Part shown: positions 1 through 9,848 of the stretch, one piece after another
How the letters are laid out: every line of letters begins with the position of its first letter
How positions within the stretch are numbered: position 1 is the stretch's first letter
IMG/VR virus record: IMGVR_UViG_3300026484_000105
Span: 1 to 64,000 of that record
Origin: a virus
Direction: 5' to 3' (one strand)
DNA length: 64,000 bases
Made by a program: the position numbers and the translations under genes
The notes under the pieces: generated by a model
The model's input: the letters and a program-made list of their open reading frames with translations, nothing else
Database searches by the model: none
Told to the model about the DNA's origin: nothing

Positions 1-94
1 GGTCTTGTTGGATTCTTATTAGTAGATGCATTAGCTGCTGATGAAAACAAGATTGACTTCTGTACTGAAAATGATACTGTTGAAGGAGTTTGTT

Positions 95-403
95 GTGGAA
101 AATAAAGCTCTTAATAATACTAAAATTGATGATGTTAAGAAAACAACATCTGATGTAGAAGTTTTTGGTGACGGTGATTTATTTAAGTTGTTGTCTAAAG
201 CATCTTCTAGAAGTCAGGGTTGGATGAAGTCTACTAAAGCTATGTTCACTGGAACAGGGTGTGCGATACAAGTTACTACACAAGTACAAAATCCAGACCT
301 TACGCATAGTGTTGCAGAAGCGATTACATTTGTTCCTAATGTTAAAATTGTGGAGGATATGAAAAATGGCATTTGCATAGGTCGACATTTGGAAGCTCTA
401 TAA
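95..403 (+). CDS. small conserved phage protein, possible Acb4-like cyclic-nucleotide sponge
   Basis: GTG at 95 after AAGGAG (track start 41 is less likely). Motif LLSKASS-x3-GWMKSTKAM-x5-CAIQVTTQ...AEAITFVP. The Acb4 link is from recall only. Confidence 0.5.
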   Translation: MENKALNNTKIDDVKKTTSDVEVFGDGDLFKLLSKASSRSQGWMKSTKAMFTGTGCAIQVTTQVQNPDLTHSVAEAITFVPNVKIVEDMKNGICIGRHLEAL

Positions 404-419
404 AAGAAAAAAAATAATG

Positions 420-450
420 AGTACTAGTATCGCTATGCGATACTAGTACT
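420..450. terminator. palindromic hairpin between convergent genes
   Basis: AGTACTAGTATCGC-TAT-GCGATACTAGTACT; an A-run on the left gives a U-tract on the minus strand. Confidence 0.8.
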
Positions 451-1154
451 TAAACTCTTTTTAATTCACTGCGGGTGAACGTATGTGGAGTCCAGCAATT
501 ATACATTACTTTATCATCAGTTGTCTCAGGTTCCAACTTAGTACCTAGAATATATTCCACCTTACCAGTAAAATCAATATTCTTTCCAACAATAAAGTAT
601 ATTTCCCCACTTAACTCAGATATATCGCCTCTGCCATGATTTGGGTCTAGATTATCTATGTCCACAGATACAGCATCACCAAAGTTTAGTTCATTATCTT
701 CTTTCTTTAATTCACTTGTAATAAAACCATATGCTACATAGTCATTAAAACTAATTATATCATCGTCAGTTTTTGGCTCTCTAGTTTTTGATAAAGTATA
801 TTGCAATGGTTTATCGTACGAATTAATTATTTGTACGATATATAAAGTTTTACCAATATACTGTTCAAATAATTTTAAATCAGGATTATCCAGAACGTCT
901 TCTTTACTTATCAATACTGCGTCACCCATGTTAAAAGATTTATCTTCTTTTAAAAGGTCTTTAAACTCTTGACTAAGTGCTATTGCATGGTCAGATTTAA
1001 AGTGTACGTCAAATGTAATCTCGTCATCTACATGACCAGTGTATTCAATTAAGCTAACCTGCCCATCTTCTCTAACCAACTTAATAATCTTATTTCCATT
1101 TTCATCTTTGAAAACACCAACACATTCATACCCATTTACTTTTTCTTTACTCAT
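450..1154 (-). CDS. hypothetical protein with two tandem ~80-aa repeats
   Basis: FNMGDAV...EPKTDDD...TSELK and LNFGDAV...EPETTDD...RSELK. Confidence 0.75.
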   Translation of the reverse strand: MSKEKVNGYECVGVFKDENGNKIIKLVREDGQVSLIEYTGHVDDEITFDVHFKSDHAIALSQEFKDLLKEDKSFNMGDAVLISKEDVLDNPDLKLFEQYIGKTLYIVQIINSYDKPLQYTLSKTREPKTDDDIISFNDYVAYGFITSELKKEDNELNFGDAVSVDIDNLDPNHGRGDISELSGEIYFIVGKNIDFTGKVEYILGTKLEPETTDDKVMYNCWTPHTFTRSELKRV

Positions 1155-1521
1155 CTATAACCTCCTTCATTATGTGGTTCACTCTATGTACGTACGCTTC
1201 TAACTCTTTATTACCAGCCCATGGCGAACATCCATCATTGAATAAGTAGCCATGTTTATTAAAGAATAAGTCATCGCGTAGACTATTTGGGTTTATCTGC
1301 AAAACAGTATCAGCTACTTCACTGCGTTCAAATGATTCCTTTGTAGAGCCCAAAGGTAAGTATTCTCGATTAACTAAAGTTATACTTTTACCATCAGCAT
1401 TTATAGTTAATTGATACGGTAGATTGTGACGCATTACATCATACCTAGCATCTTTATTTCCATTCTTTACAGTAATAAAATCTAGATCCCTAATTATCTT
1501 ATTTTTCATCATCTTCTCCAT
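1147..1521 (-). CDS. conserved hypothetical phage protein
   Basis: ORF coupled to the next gene; motif LPY...NREYLPLG...LFNDGCSPW. Confidence 0.7.
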   Translation of the reverse strand: MEKMMKNKIIRDLDFITVKNGNKDARYDVMRHNLPYQLTINADGKSITLVNREYLPLGSTKESFERSEVADTVLQINPNSLRDDLFFNKHGYLFNDGCSPWAGNKELEAYVHRVNHIMKEVIDE

Positions 1522-1532
1522 TTTCTAATCTT

Positions 1533-1751
1533 TTAAAATTTTAGCTTCATGATGGCATCACCAGTTAAGTTAAGTTCTATTACAGTATAATCAGAGCCAA
1601 GTTCTTTGGCTCTTTTGTCAGCATCTGATTCAGTCGCAAATAAGATGTTATCATGAACATTTGCATACATTTCCTGTGGTATCGCTAGTTTACTGTAAGA
1701 TCCGCCCTGCTCTGGTACCCTTACATCCATAACTACAAGATAGACTAACAT
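1533..1751 (-). CDS. hypothetical protein
   Basis: Tightly packed in the minus-strand operon. Confidence 0.6.
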   Translation of the reverse strand: MLVYLVVMDVRVPEQGGSYSKLAIPQEMYANVHDNILFATESDADKRAKELGSDYTVIELNLTGDAIMKLKF

Positions 1752-2785
1752 TTGGCTTTACTTAAGATTGATGCTATGTCAGCAATGTTGTCTTCCATTA
1801 ACCAATAGTTTAATAGGCTACAATCTTCTAACTCACCACAAAATTGCTCCATAACTAAGTGCTCATCCCGTCTCTCAACTGGCATATAGACAAAAGATGA
1901 CTTACCAATAACTTTACCATCTCTGTAGATAGACGCATCTACATCATAAATGTCTATAATGTACTTCCCACCAACTTTGACTGTAGTTATCGTTCTATCC
2001 ATAACGACGCTTGATTCTAGATCAGTAATTTTACATTCATTGCCAGTAAATAAATCATAATGCTTTGAGTCTGTTCTAGATGAGATTACTTCTCTCCCAC
2101 ATTCAGGTAATAAGTCGTTTGGACCTATGGTTATTAAACAATTTTTATATTGTCCTTTAGAAGAGTTATCGTCAGTTAACGGTAATATTTTTGTAATTCT
2201 ATACACCCCATCACCACTAGGCTCTAATTCAAAGATGGCTCTACCATCCTTTTCTAACTTATAGAACTCGTCGCTACCGTTCTTATATACTAAATAGTCA
2301 TTATCGTTATAGTCATTGAACAGGACGCTGTCCGTAGTTCTGGTAGTGAACTCATCGCCAACTTTAAGATCAGATACTTTAGTTACTCTATCGTACTTAC
2401 ATCTTTGTCTAGTAATATAGCAGTCGAATTGATGTGCGTCAACTAACTCTAGGAAATCACCCATATCAAAATAGTCTAGTTTTTCAGTACCATCAACATA
2501 CAATATACTACTGTCATCATCAACATCTTTACACATACGTTTAAGATCAGCCCATGTTTCAATCGTATAAACTCCCATATTTGCATTCTTAGCAAAGTTG
2601 GGATTACTCTTACGCATTCCCTCCAACATATGCTCCATAAGGCCTACAGCAGTTCCATGGTCGAGTGTAGTTAGGAAATAGTGCTTCATTAGTTCATCAT
2701 CTTTAACATGTCCAAGAAAATCACCTACAATTTCTTCACTTTTACCTTCGCCTTTTAATCCATTTATAATTGTTACTCTATTCAT
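1745..2785 (-). CDS. hypothetical protein with N-terminal P-loop-like domain
   Basis: TIINGLKGEGKS (Walker A-like) and ILYVDG (Walker B-like). Confidence 0.6.
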   Translation of the reverse strand: MNRVTIINGLKGEGKSEEIVGDFLGHVKDDELMKHYFLTTLDHGTAVGLMEHMLEGMRKSNPNFAKNANMGVYTIETWADLKRMCKDVDDDSSILYVDGTEKLDYFDMGDFLELVDAHQFDCYITRQRCKYDRVTKVSDLKVGDEFTTRTTDSVLFNDYNDNDYLVYKNGSDEFYKLEKDGRAIFELEPSGDGVYRITKILPLTDDNSSKGQYKNCLITIGPNDLLPECGREVISSRTDSKHYDLFTGNECKITDLESSVVMDRTITTVKVGGKYIIDIYDVDASIYRDGKVIGKSSFVYMPVERRDEHLVMEQFCGELEDCSLLNYWLMEDNIADIASILSKAKC

Positions 2786-2836
2786 TCTATAAACCTTTAT
2801 TTCTAATTTTGTTTTTTAAAAACTCTTAATAAATTC

Positions 2837-2859
2837 TTTGGAAGCACATTGCTTCCAAA
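2837..2859. other. intergenic hairpin inside an operon
   Basis: TTTGGAAGCA-CAT-TGCTTCCAAA. Confidence 0.6.
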
Positions 2860-2875
2860 ACTTCTTTACCTACTA

Positions 2876-3724
2876 TTATTTACCCTCTACAAATCTAATA
2901 TGAACATCATTCTGGAATGGAACAATCTCTTCAGTTTCAGTATTTATGACTTGTATTATATCAGTACCGTTACTGCAAGATATTATGTTATAGAACCTAT
3001 AGGTTCCTCCTTTATACTCTATTTGGAATAATTTGTTTAGAATTACTTCATCTTTACAATATAAGAATACGTCAAATAGTTTATCCCATGAATCAATGTT
3101 CTCAACAGTTGTAGTCGAAGTCGACTTTTCTGGATCTTCATCGCTGGCATCCTTATCGATCCATTCAAAACTAACTGGACTAACATGCAACCTATCTATA
3201 GACTCGTCAAAGCTGTATTCAAAGATAACAGAGTCGCCACTTATATTTATTAATCCATTGCGAAAACGCTTAAGTTTGTCATTGTTTATTTTAATTACAG
3301 TATCACCTTTATCAAATTTCGGTACAGTATAATGGATGGTTTTAAAATCACCAGGACCGTTATCTACAGCATTTGCCATTTTCAATTTGTTATTAAGTTT
3401 AGTACTTTGTCTTTCTGTATCAACACCACTATTTAATATATCACAAGTTCTCTTTTCAACTTCTTTAGTAAGTTGATCACTAAGGTGTTTTAACATATGA
3501 TATTCTTTCATTTTAGTTAAATGATTTTTACCATTAGTATCCATATTAGATAGTCCAGTAATTACTTTCCAACTATCAGTATCCATTATGCCTGACATTT
3601 TAATAACATCAATAATTACTTTAGCATCGTCACCATCAACAACAACATCACTAACTACCGTATAACCTTGATATCCGCATATACATGGAGATTCCCAACA
3701 TTTTTCACATTTACACATAGCCAT
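2876..3724 (-). CDS. hypothetical protein with Cys-rich N-terminus
   Basis: CKCEKCWESPCICG; AAGGA SD. Confidence 0.7.
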   Translation of the reverse strand: MAMCKCEKCWESPCICGYQGYTVVSDVVVDGDDAKVIIDVIKMSGIMDTDSWKVITGLSNMDTNGKNHLTKMKEYHMLKHLSDQLTKEVEKRTCDILNSGVDTERQSTKLNNKLKMANAVDNGPGDFKTIHYTVPKFDKGDTVIKINNDKLKRFRNGLINISGDSVIFEYSFDESIDRLHVSPVSFEWIDKDASDEDPEKSTSTTTVENIDSWDKLFDVFLYCKDEVILNKLFQIEYKGGTYRFYNIISCSNGTDIIQVINTETEEIVPFQNDVHIRFVEGK

Positions 3725-3783
3725 ATTTTATCCTTTTTAATCTTTTTAACTAACTATAGTCTTATTGTCTCCAGCGCCTATTC

Positions 3784-4173
3784 CTATAATGCATCTATGT
3801 AATCACTGTCTATATGGAATAGTTTCTTAGCACTTAAAGCTTTCTCAATATCTTCCCTAAGTCTTAATAGCTCAGTAGGTTTTTCAGTAATTTCCATATA
3901 TCGGTTCCATACCTCTTTATCGCCAAGATGTGCATCATTTGCATCGTAGAAGTTAATGTCACACCATTCATTTTTACTCCATTCGTCAGATACAAAGTTA
4001 TGTACATATGCACAATATGCAGCTTCACTAGGAACCTCTTTACCCCAGGCTTCTTTAACTAGATCAAAGATTAGAGGACTATGTTCATTTTTAATAAACT
4101 CACGTATGGTACCAGCATACTTAGCTTTTAATTCTCCCATCTCCCGTTCAACTGCTCTTATTGAATCATTCAT
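3784..4173 (-). CDS. hypothetical protein
   Basis: ORF with AAGG SD in the minus-strand operon. Confidence 0.65.
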   Translation of the reverse strand: MNDSIRAVEREMGELKAKYAGTIREFIKNEHSPLIFDLVKEAWGKEVPSEAAYCAYVHNFVSDEWSKNEWCDINFYDANDAHLGDKEVWNRYMEITEKPTELLRLREDIEKALSAKKLFHIDSDYIDAL

Positions 4174-4186
4174 CTTGTAACCTTTT

Positions 4187-5227
4187 TTATTCTATATAGA
4201 TTATTAGCTTATCTAAACCATCAACTTTACCAGCAACATTAAAATCATTGCACATTTTATAAAATACATCTTCTTCACCTTCTTCATTACTTATAACGAT
4301 TTCGGTTACAGGTAAATTACCATTACGTATTAAAGGTAATCTGGTTTTTGCATCAGTTGCAGTGAATACAGTATATGTTATTTCATTTATATCTAAGTAT
4401 CTGATGATAGCTTCATAACCTTTTCCAGTATGATTGTAGTCCATATACTCTACTTTAAGACCAATATCCAGATCTCTTTGTCTATCTTGGCCATACTCAT
4501 AAACAGTACCCATTAGGCTATTTCTGTTATTATGATAATAGTTAAGTCTATCTATAAAAGCTGGAGTATATGTTGCCTCTATATCAGTAATGCTTGCGTG
4601 TGGATTATTCTCTGGTTGATCGAAGTATGAGAAGTCATGTAAGATATAACTTTCTTGTATATTGAAATGCTTCTCTATATGTTCAACTGTTATTTCAAAT
4701 GCCTTATTAGCTTTAGTGTCTCCAGAGATAACTACCATTGCGCCATTAGTACTACCAATAGCGAATCCAAAACTTTTAATATGATGAACTCCTTCTATAG
4801 CTACAAGGAAATTATCTAGTTCAGTGTGTTCAAGAGTTTTAAACTCAGCTATCCGAACCATATTATAAATAGGTGCATTGACGTACTTACCATTTATCAT
4901 TTCTTCATTCTTAGGTAGGAATAAAGTTAATTCAGCACCAATGTCCTTAGCATATCTAACTATAGTTGTTTTACCTAGTACGAAATATCGATAGTATAGC
5001 AATGATTTTAAACTACCGACATGATCATCATCAAGATGTGTTATTACAACAAAATGCATCTCTTTTAATATCTCTGGTCTATGCTCCTTAAGATACGGAA
5101 ATACATTATACCCACAATCGAACAGCATACCAACTCCAGCACATGTTACATAAAAACTACTATTTATTAATTCCGTGTCAAATGCACCACCACTACCAAT
5201 AACTTCTACCTTTAAATCCTTACTCAT
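4187..5227 (-). CDS. metallo-beta-lactamase-fold hydrolase, Apyc1 (anti-Pycsar)/RNase Z-like, with C-terminal extension
   Basis: GSGGAF, LFDCG, ITHLDDDH, YRYFVLG, SGDT, LHD, HAS, YYH motifs in MBL order. Confidence 0.75.
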   Translation of the reverse strand: MSKDLKVEVIGSGGAFDTELINSSFYVTCAGVGMLFDCGYNVFPYLKEHRPEILKEMHFVVITHLDDDHVGSLKSLLYYRYFVLGKTTIVRYAKDIGAELTLFLPKNEEMINGKYVNAPIYNMVRIAEFKTLEHTELDNFLVAIEGVHHIKSFGFAIGSTNGAMVVISGDTKANKAFEITVEHIEKHFNIQESYILHDFSYFDQPENNPHASITDIEATYTPAFIDRLNYYHNNRNSLMGTVYEYGQDRQRDLDIGLKVEYMDYNHTGKGYEAIIRYLDINEITYTVFTATDAKTRLPLIRNGNLPVTEIVISNEEGEEDVFYKMCNDFNVAGKVDGLDKLIIYIE

Positions 5228-5229
5228 TA

Positions 5230-5505
5230 CTACTCCTCACTCTTTTCGCAATCAACATCAAAACTTGTACATAGCATGTCTCTTATTACATCTTCATGTT
5301 TAACAGTAATACTATCCCCATCAAGATCAAGACCTTCAGTTTTCACTTTAATACCACCACCATCATCTGGAACATAACTAGTATATCCCAGACTCTCTTC
5401 GCTATCCATAAAACTCTCTACAAGAATGGTACCGTTAACGTCTTCTAACTTAGTTATAATGTCCCCAGATTCATTTTTGAATGTATCTATTACCTTTCTA
5501 CTCAT
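5230..5505 (-). CDS. acidic hypothetical protein, first gene of the early operon
   Basis: ATG at 5505 with GGAGG SD (track start 5517 is TTG). Confidence 0.65.
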   Translation of the reverse strand: MSRKVIDTFKNESGDIITKLEDVNGTILVESFMDSEESLGYTSYVPDDGGGIKVKTEGLDLDGDSITVKHEDVIRDMLCTSFDVDCEKSEE

Positions 5506-5527
5506 CTTACCCTCCAATTATATATTT

Positions 5528-5578
5528 GATACTACCAGGTATCTACTTTAATGATATATTGCCTATTATTTTTTGAAA
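5528..5578 (-). promoter_or_regulatory. putative early (virion RNAP) promoter plus 5' hairpin, copy 1
   Basis: Minus strand TTTCAA-N14-TATATCAT-N5-TAGATAC-CTGGTA-GTATC. Confidence 0.7.
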
Positions 5579-5613
5579 CCGAAATATATAATTGAAGAAG
5601 ATAAGGAGAGTAA

Positions 5614-7728
5614 ATGAGTAATATATTTATAAAAGATCTAGAAAATTACAATATCGATATGAAGCCTGTTGCTAAGTACGTCGAACAAGCAACAATATAT
5701 ATTCATAAAGCTACTGGTAAGCCAATTGAAGAATGTAAAAGATTGGTTGCAACGCAACTTAAGAAAAAGGATATAAAAAATCCAATAGTTAAATATAACT
5801 ATAGAAATGATAATGGTGACGTAACAGTTGAGAGTACAACATTAACAAATTATATAGAAGATAATGTAGCTAGCAATCATATTGTTGTTCCATCTATGAC
5901 CGCTTATGTACACCCAACGGTAGATAAATCTCTACATGCTACGTTCCTAGAGAAGAATATTGCCTCTAGAAATAAGGATAAGAAAACAGCCTTTAAATAT
6001 AAACAAGAGGGCAATGCTGTATTGCATGGCCGATACAATACCCTACAGAAAAGTAAAAAGATAGCCAACAATTCCTTATCAGGAGCCTATGCATCAATAT
6101 CAACAATACTTTATAATCCAAGCGCGCACTATTCGTTAACAAGTACAACTAGAACAGCAACTAGTATAGCTAATGCTATAACCGAATCAATGGTTGCAGG
6201 TAATAAACATTTTAGAGAACCAGAAATAGCTTTAAATTATATGTTGTCTACTATAGCTACTGTTGATTATAAGACAGTATCAGATATTATAGATAAGTAT
6301 GGCATACATAAACCTACGACAGGAGAAGTATATGCGTCTATTAGAAGAAGTACTGATTTATACTGGACTAACAAAGAGTATAATAAAAGATATATTGAAC
6401 TACTGGATAAGCTTGATGGAGTTGAAAGAGCTATAATTTTATATACAAATGATTTTTATCATCTTAGAGTTTTTAACGATAAACTAATAAGAGAGTTTAT
6501 TAGTAAACTTTCTAAGAAAGTGACAGGTTATGCTACTGATCCTCTAAAGGTACTTAATGAATCAGAAGAGTTTGTTCTTAACCTAATACATCACATTTGT
6601 GCACCTGACATTAAAGGTAAAAAAGTAAACTATAAAGATATGGTCGGTAGCCATGAATTGGATGCGCTTGGATCAACAGCTCTAAATGTTAACGTGACAT
6701 TAGAAGCGTATGCTGATTTACTTCAGGCATTTTTTAGAAATGATGTTATGCCAGTCAGCGTTGCTTATATCCGAGACATGTTAAGAAGGGTTACAGTTCT
6801 TTCAGATACAGATTCTACTTGTGCTACATATCAAGAATGGGTTGAATGGTATTATGGTGAAATCTTGTTTAGTGATGGTGCTACCGCAGTTAGCGCATCA
6901 GTTATGTCAGTTGTTACGCAGGTACTGGAGCATAAATTAAGACAATACACTAGTAATCTAAACGTCCCTGATGATTTAAAAGATAAAATTACATATAAAG
7001 GTGAATTTTATTGGCATAGCATGACTCCAATGTCAGTTGCCAAACATTATTTTGCAAGCGTTGCAATACAAGAGGGTAACGTGTTCGCTGAAGATGATTT
7101 AGAGCTAAAGGGTGTTAATTTAATTGCTTCAAATGCACCAATGTTTGTGCAAAAAATAACAAAAGAAACAATCATTAATATTAATGAGACTATAACTAGA
7201 AATGAAAAACTTTCTATTAACAAGTATATTAAGATAGCAGCAGATCTTGAAAGACGAATCTTAAAAGAACTTAAATCTGGTAACATTGAAGTTTTAAAGA
7301 TGGGTAAGATAAAAGAAGCTAATGGTTATAAACTTGGTCCAGATAAGTCACCATATATTAATCATATATTTTGGGAAGAGGTTATGTCAATAAAATATGG
7401 GGTAATTGATAAACCACCATATAGTACAGTTAAACTACCGACTACACTTAAATCAAAAAGACTTATGAATGAGTATATTGAAAGTATTGAAGACGAGTCT
7501 TTAAAAGAAAGATTTAAAACCTATTGTGAGAAGTATAATAAGGATACTATAGGTACATTTAATTTACCATTAATTATTGTTGGAGAGCATGGTATTCCAG
7601 AAGACCTACTACCAGTTATTGATAGTGATAGAATAGTGTTTGATTCATTAGGTGCTTTATATATGTGCCTTGAGGGAATTGGATTTTTTAAAAAAGAAGG
7701 CATGAAGATTATAGATATGGGTTATTAG
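5614..7728 (+). CDS. split family-B DNA polymerase, polymerase-domain subunit (phiKZ gp050-like)
   Basis: Motif B QKSKKIANNSLSG, motif C LSDTDS, KHYFA and LELKG; no N-terminal exonuclease motifs. Confidence 0.85.
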   Translation: MSNIFIKDLENYNIDMKPVAKYVEQATIYIHKATGKPIEECKRLVATQLKKKDIKNPIVKYNYRNDNGDVTVESTTLTNYIEDNVASNHIVVPSMTAYVHPTVDKSLHATFLEKNIASRNKDKKTAFKYKQEGNAVLHGRYNTLQKSKKIANNSLSGAYASISTILYNPSAHYSLTSTTRTATSIANAITESMVAGNKHFREPEIALNYMLSTIATVDYKTVSDIIDKYGIHKPTTGEVYASIRRSTDLYWTNKEYNKRYIELLDKLDGVERAIILYTNDFYHLRVFNDKLIREFISKLSKKVTGYATDPLKVLNESEEFVLNLIHHICAPDIKGKKVNYKDMVGSHELDALGSTALNVNVTLEAYADLLQAFFRNDVMPVSVAYIRDMLRRVTVLSDTDSTCATYQEWVEWYYGEILFSDGATAVSASVMSVVTQVLEHKLRQYTSNLNVPDDLKDKITYKGEFYWHSMTPMSVAKHYFASVAIQEGNVFAEDDLELKGVNLIASNAPMFVQKITKETIININETITRNEKLSINKYIKIAADLERRILKELKSGNIEVLKMGKIKEANGYKLGPDKSPYINHIFWEEVMSIKYGVIDKPPYSTVKLPTTLKSKRLMNEYIESIEDESLKERFKTYCEKYNKDTIGTFNLPLIIVGEHGIPEDLLPVIDSDRIVFDSLGALYMCLEGIGFFKKEGMKIIDMGY

Positions 7729-7750
7729 ACAAAAAGTATCATGTATACTA

Positions 7751-7782
7751 CTAACACTGATAGGTAGCCCTATCAGTGTTAG
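7751..7782. terminator. palindromic hairpin between convergent genes
   Basis: CTAACACTGATAGG-TAGC-CCTATCAGTGTTAG. Confidence 0.8.
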
Positions 7783-7787
7783 AGAGT

Positions 7788-8180
7788 CTAATATCGATAT
7801 ATTTTTATATCATTATAACCTAGCTCCAATATAGCGTTCCTTATTATATCAAGATCTGATGTATCGCAGTTAGGTAGGTCTAATCGTATATTTATACTTT
7901 CAACAACTTCAACCGTATTTAAATCAAGCCATTCTAAAGCGAATATAACAGTTTCCTTATCCTCATTTTCAAAGAGAACATAAGTATTGTCATTGGCATT
8001 TTCTGGCAGACCAGGTATAATTGCGGTAAGCTTATTATTTATATCATGTATATCAGCACCATTTTTTATCGCCAACTTAGCTGATATTATGCCCTCAGCC
8101 TTCATCATTGTGAATGACCCACCAAGCACTGTAGGTGCTAGAGTCATAAACTTATATATTTTATTCGGTGTAAAAACCAT
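7788..8180 (-). CDS. conserved phiKZ-like hypothetical protein (gp049-like)
   Basis: YKFMTLAPTVLG motif; position convergent on the polymerase gene as in phiKZ-like phages. Confidence 0.55.
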   Translation of the reverse strand: MVFTPNKIYKFMTLAPTVLGGSFTMMKAEGIISAKLAIKNGADIHDINNKLTAIIPGLPENANDNTYVLFENEDKETVIFALEWLDLNTVEVVESINIRLDLPNCDTSDLDIIRNAILELGYNDIKIYRY

Positions 8181-8595
8181 TTTTAATCTCCTCTTTCATG
8201 ATTGATTCTAGATGACTATTATCATAACTTGTTATGACTATGCCTCTACTGTTTATATTATCTAAATACAATAACGATTCATTTATATGTAACTCTACAA
8301 GCATAAATGTATAATAGTTAAGTATAGAACTTATTAAATGATCTACTTCATTTATTATATATTGATCTACAAGAGTTCCAAATGCGTCAAATACGATTTC
8401 ATTTATTAGCTCATGATGATTATATGTGTATATATCACCTCGTATAAGTTTGTTTGCTGCAGTTAGTGCTGTATCTAATATGTTCTTATAGGTATCATTT
8501 ACTCCATCAAGATGTTTGCTGTTGTCCTTGATCACTCTATATAAGTGCATGTGGTCAGGCGTAATATTTATAAAATATCTTCCATTTACATTCAT
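8161..8595 (-). CDS. hypothetical protein
   Basis: Overlapping-gene operon 7788-11526. Confidence 0.65.
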   Translation of the reverse strand: MNVNGRYFINITPDHMHLYRVIKDNSKHLDGVNDTYKNILDTALTAANKLIRGDIYTYNHHELINEIVFDAFGTLVDQYIINEVDHLISSILNYYTFMLVELHINESLLYLDNINSRGIVITSYDNSHLESIMKEEIKNGFYTE

Positions 8596-9065
8596 TGTTC
8601 CTCCTGTTTAAGAAAAACTGCTGTTAAAGGCATTTTTCTATTTAATTTAATTTTATACCATCCAACAAACAGTAAGCCGTTACCAAACCTAGTTAGAAAT
8701 TTTTCTAATCTTAATACGTCATTTTCTATTTGGTTTAAACTAATATTAAAGGCATCTTTATTTATGAAATTTTTAATACTGGGATCCATAATGAAGCTAT
8801 CTAATATTTCAAGTATGTCTTCTGGTATTTCACCAAGATAGTATATATAGAGTATAAATTCCATATATATTATCTTATCAGTATTTTTCATATGTTTTAT
8901 GCTATTAGTTATATCTATATAGATTACAGAGTAATCATCAGTAGTGCCGTTTGATTCATAAGATTCAATTTCTTCATATATAGACGTATCTAAAATTGGA
9001 CTACTTATGGTCTTTATGTGTCCAGAATCATACAGTTGCGATGCCAGCGTCATATCTATTACCAC
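8592..9065 (-). CDS. hypothetical protein
   Basis: ATGA overlap with the downstream gene. Confidence 0.65.
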   Translation of the reverse strand: MVIDMTLASQLYDSGHIKTISSPILDTSIYEEIESYESNGTTDDYSVIYIDITNSIKHMKNTDKIIYMEFILYIYYLGEIPEDILEILDSFIMDPSIKNFINKDAFNISLNQIENDVLRLEKFLTRFGNGLLFVGWYKIKLNRKMPLTAVFLKQEEQ

Positions 9066-9474
9066 CTTCTAACCAACCAACCATAATGCTGTCAACTTTA
9101 TTGGATGCTATTAACCTTATTAGCGCAGTTACAGTTATTTTTAAGACATCCTTCGTTAATAGAGGTATAAACTTATCAAAAACTTCTTTACCAATAAATA
9201 CTTCAAGAATGTTACTATTTATATCTTCATAAAGGTCATCTAAGTAAGTACCACCAACCATTTCCATTATATGTAAAAAGGTAATTTCAATAATACCCAT
9301 ATTAAAAATATGAACATCGACATCATCAATCTTTAATGGGGCATAAAAACCCATATTGACTATAACTAAATTACCATTATTAAAATCAATACCAAAATCC
9401 ATAGCATTAAATATATTCTGCGTAGTTGGATAGTAGACGGCTTTAAATTTACTTCTTATTAAATCAAGAGTCAT
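9028..9474 (-). CDS. hypothetical protein
   Basis: ATGA overlap with the upstream gene. Confidence 0.65.
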   Translation of the reverse strand: MTLDLIRSKFKAVYYPTTQNIFNAMDFGIDFNNGNLVIVNMGFYAPLKIDDVDVHIFNMGIIEITFLHIMEMVGGTYLDDLYEDINSNILEVFIGKEVFDKFIPLLTKDVLKITVTALIRLIASNKVDSIMVGWLEGGNRYDAGIATV

Positions 9475-9848
9475 CTCTTTATTTCCATTTCAACTATCAC
9501 TTCGTTATTGTTGGCAACAATAAACGATTTGAATTTTGCATCTACTACCTCATTACCAAAGTTGAGGGATACTAAAGAATCCATAATGGCTTTTATTTTA
9601 AGGGTGTTCTTGGTATAAAGTCTTTTGTTTATTATACCGAAAAGATCGTTATCGTTTTCAACCTTGAACCTTTTCTTCAGATAGTTCCTGTATGCTAGAA
9701 TAGTATTGTCCTCATTAGTGACCCTTAAAGAGTAATTCTCTAAGAGCTTTATTTCAACGGGCGCTTTGCTTATTTTGCCAAGAAACTTAAGAATAAAACT
9801 AGCGTCTAATTTAACTATCTCATTTCTTGATTCATTTTTAGTTAACAT
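9471..9848 (-). CDS. hypothetical protein
   Basis: Overlapping-gene operon. Confidence 0.65.
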   Translation of the reverse strand: MLTKNESRNEIVKLDASFILKFLGKISKAPVEIKLLENYSLRVTNEDNTILAYRNYLKKRFKVENDNDLFGIINKRLYTKNTLKIKAIMDSLVSLNFGNEVVDAKFKSFIVANNNEVIVEMEIKR

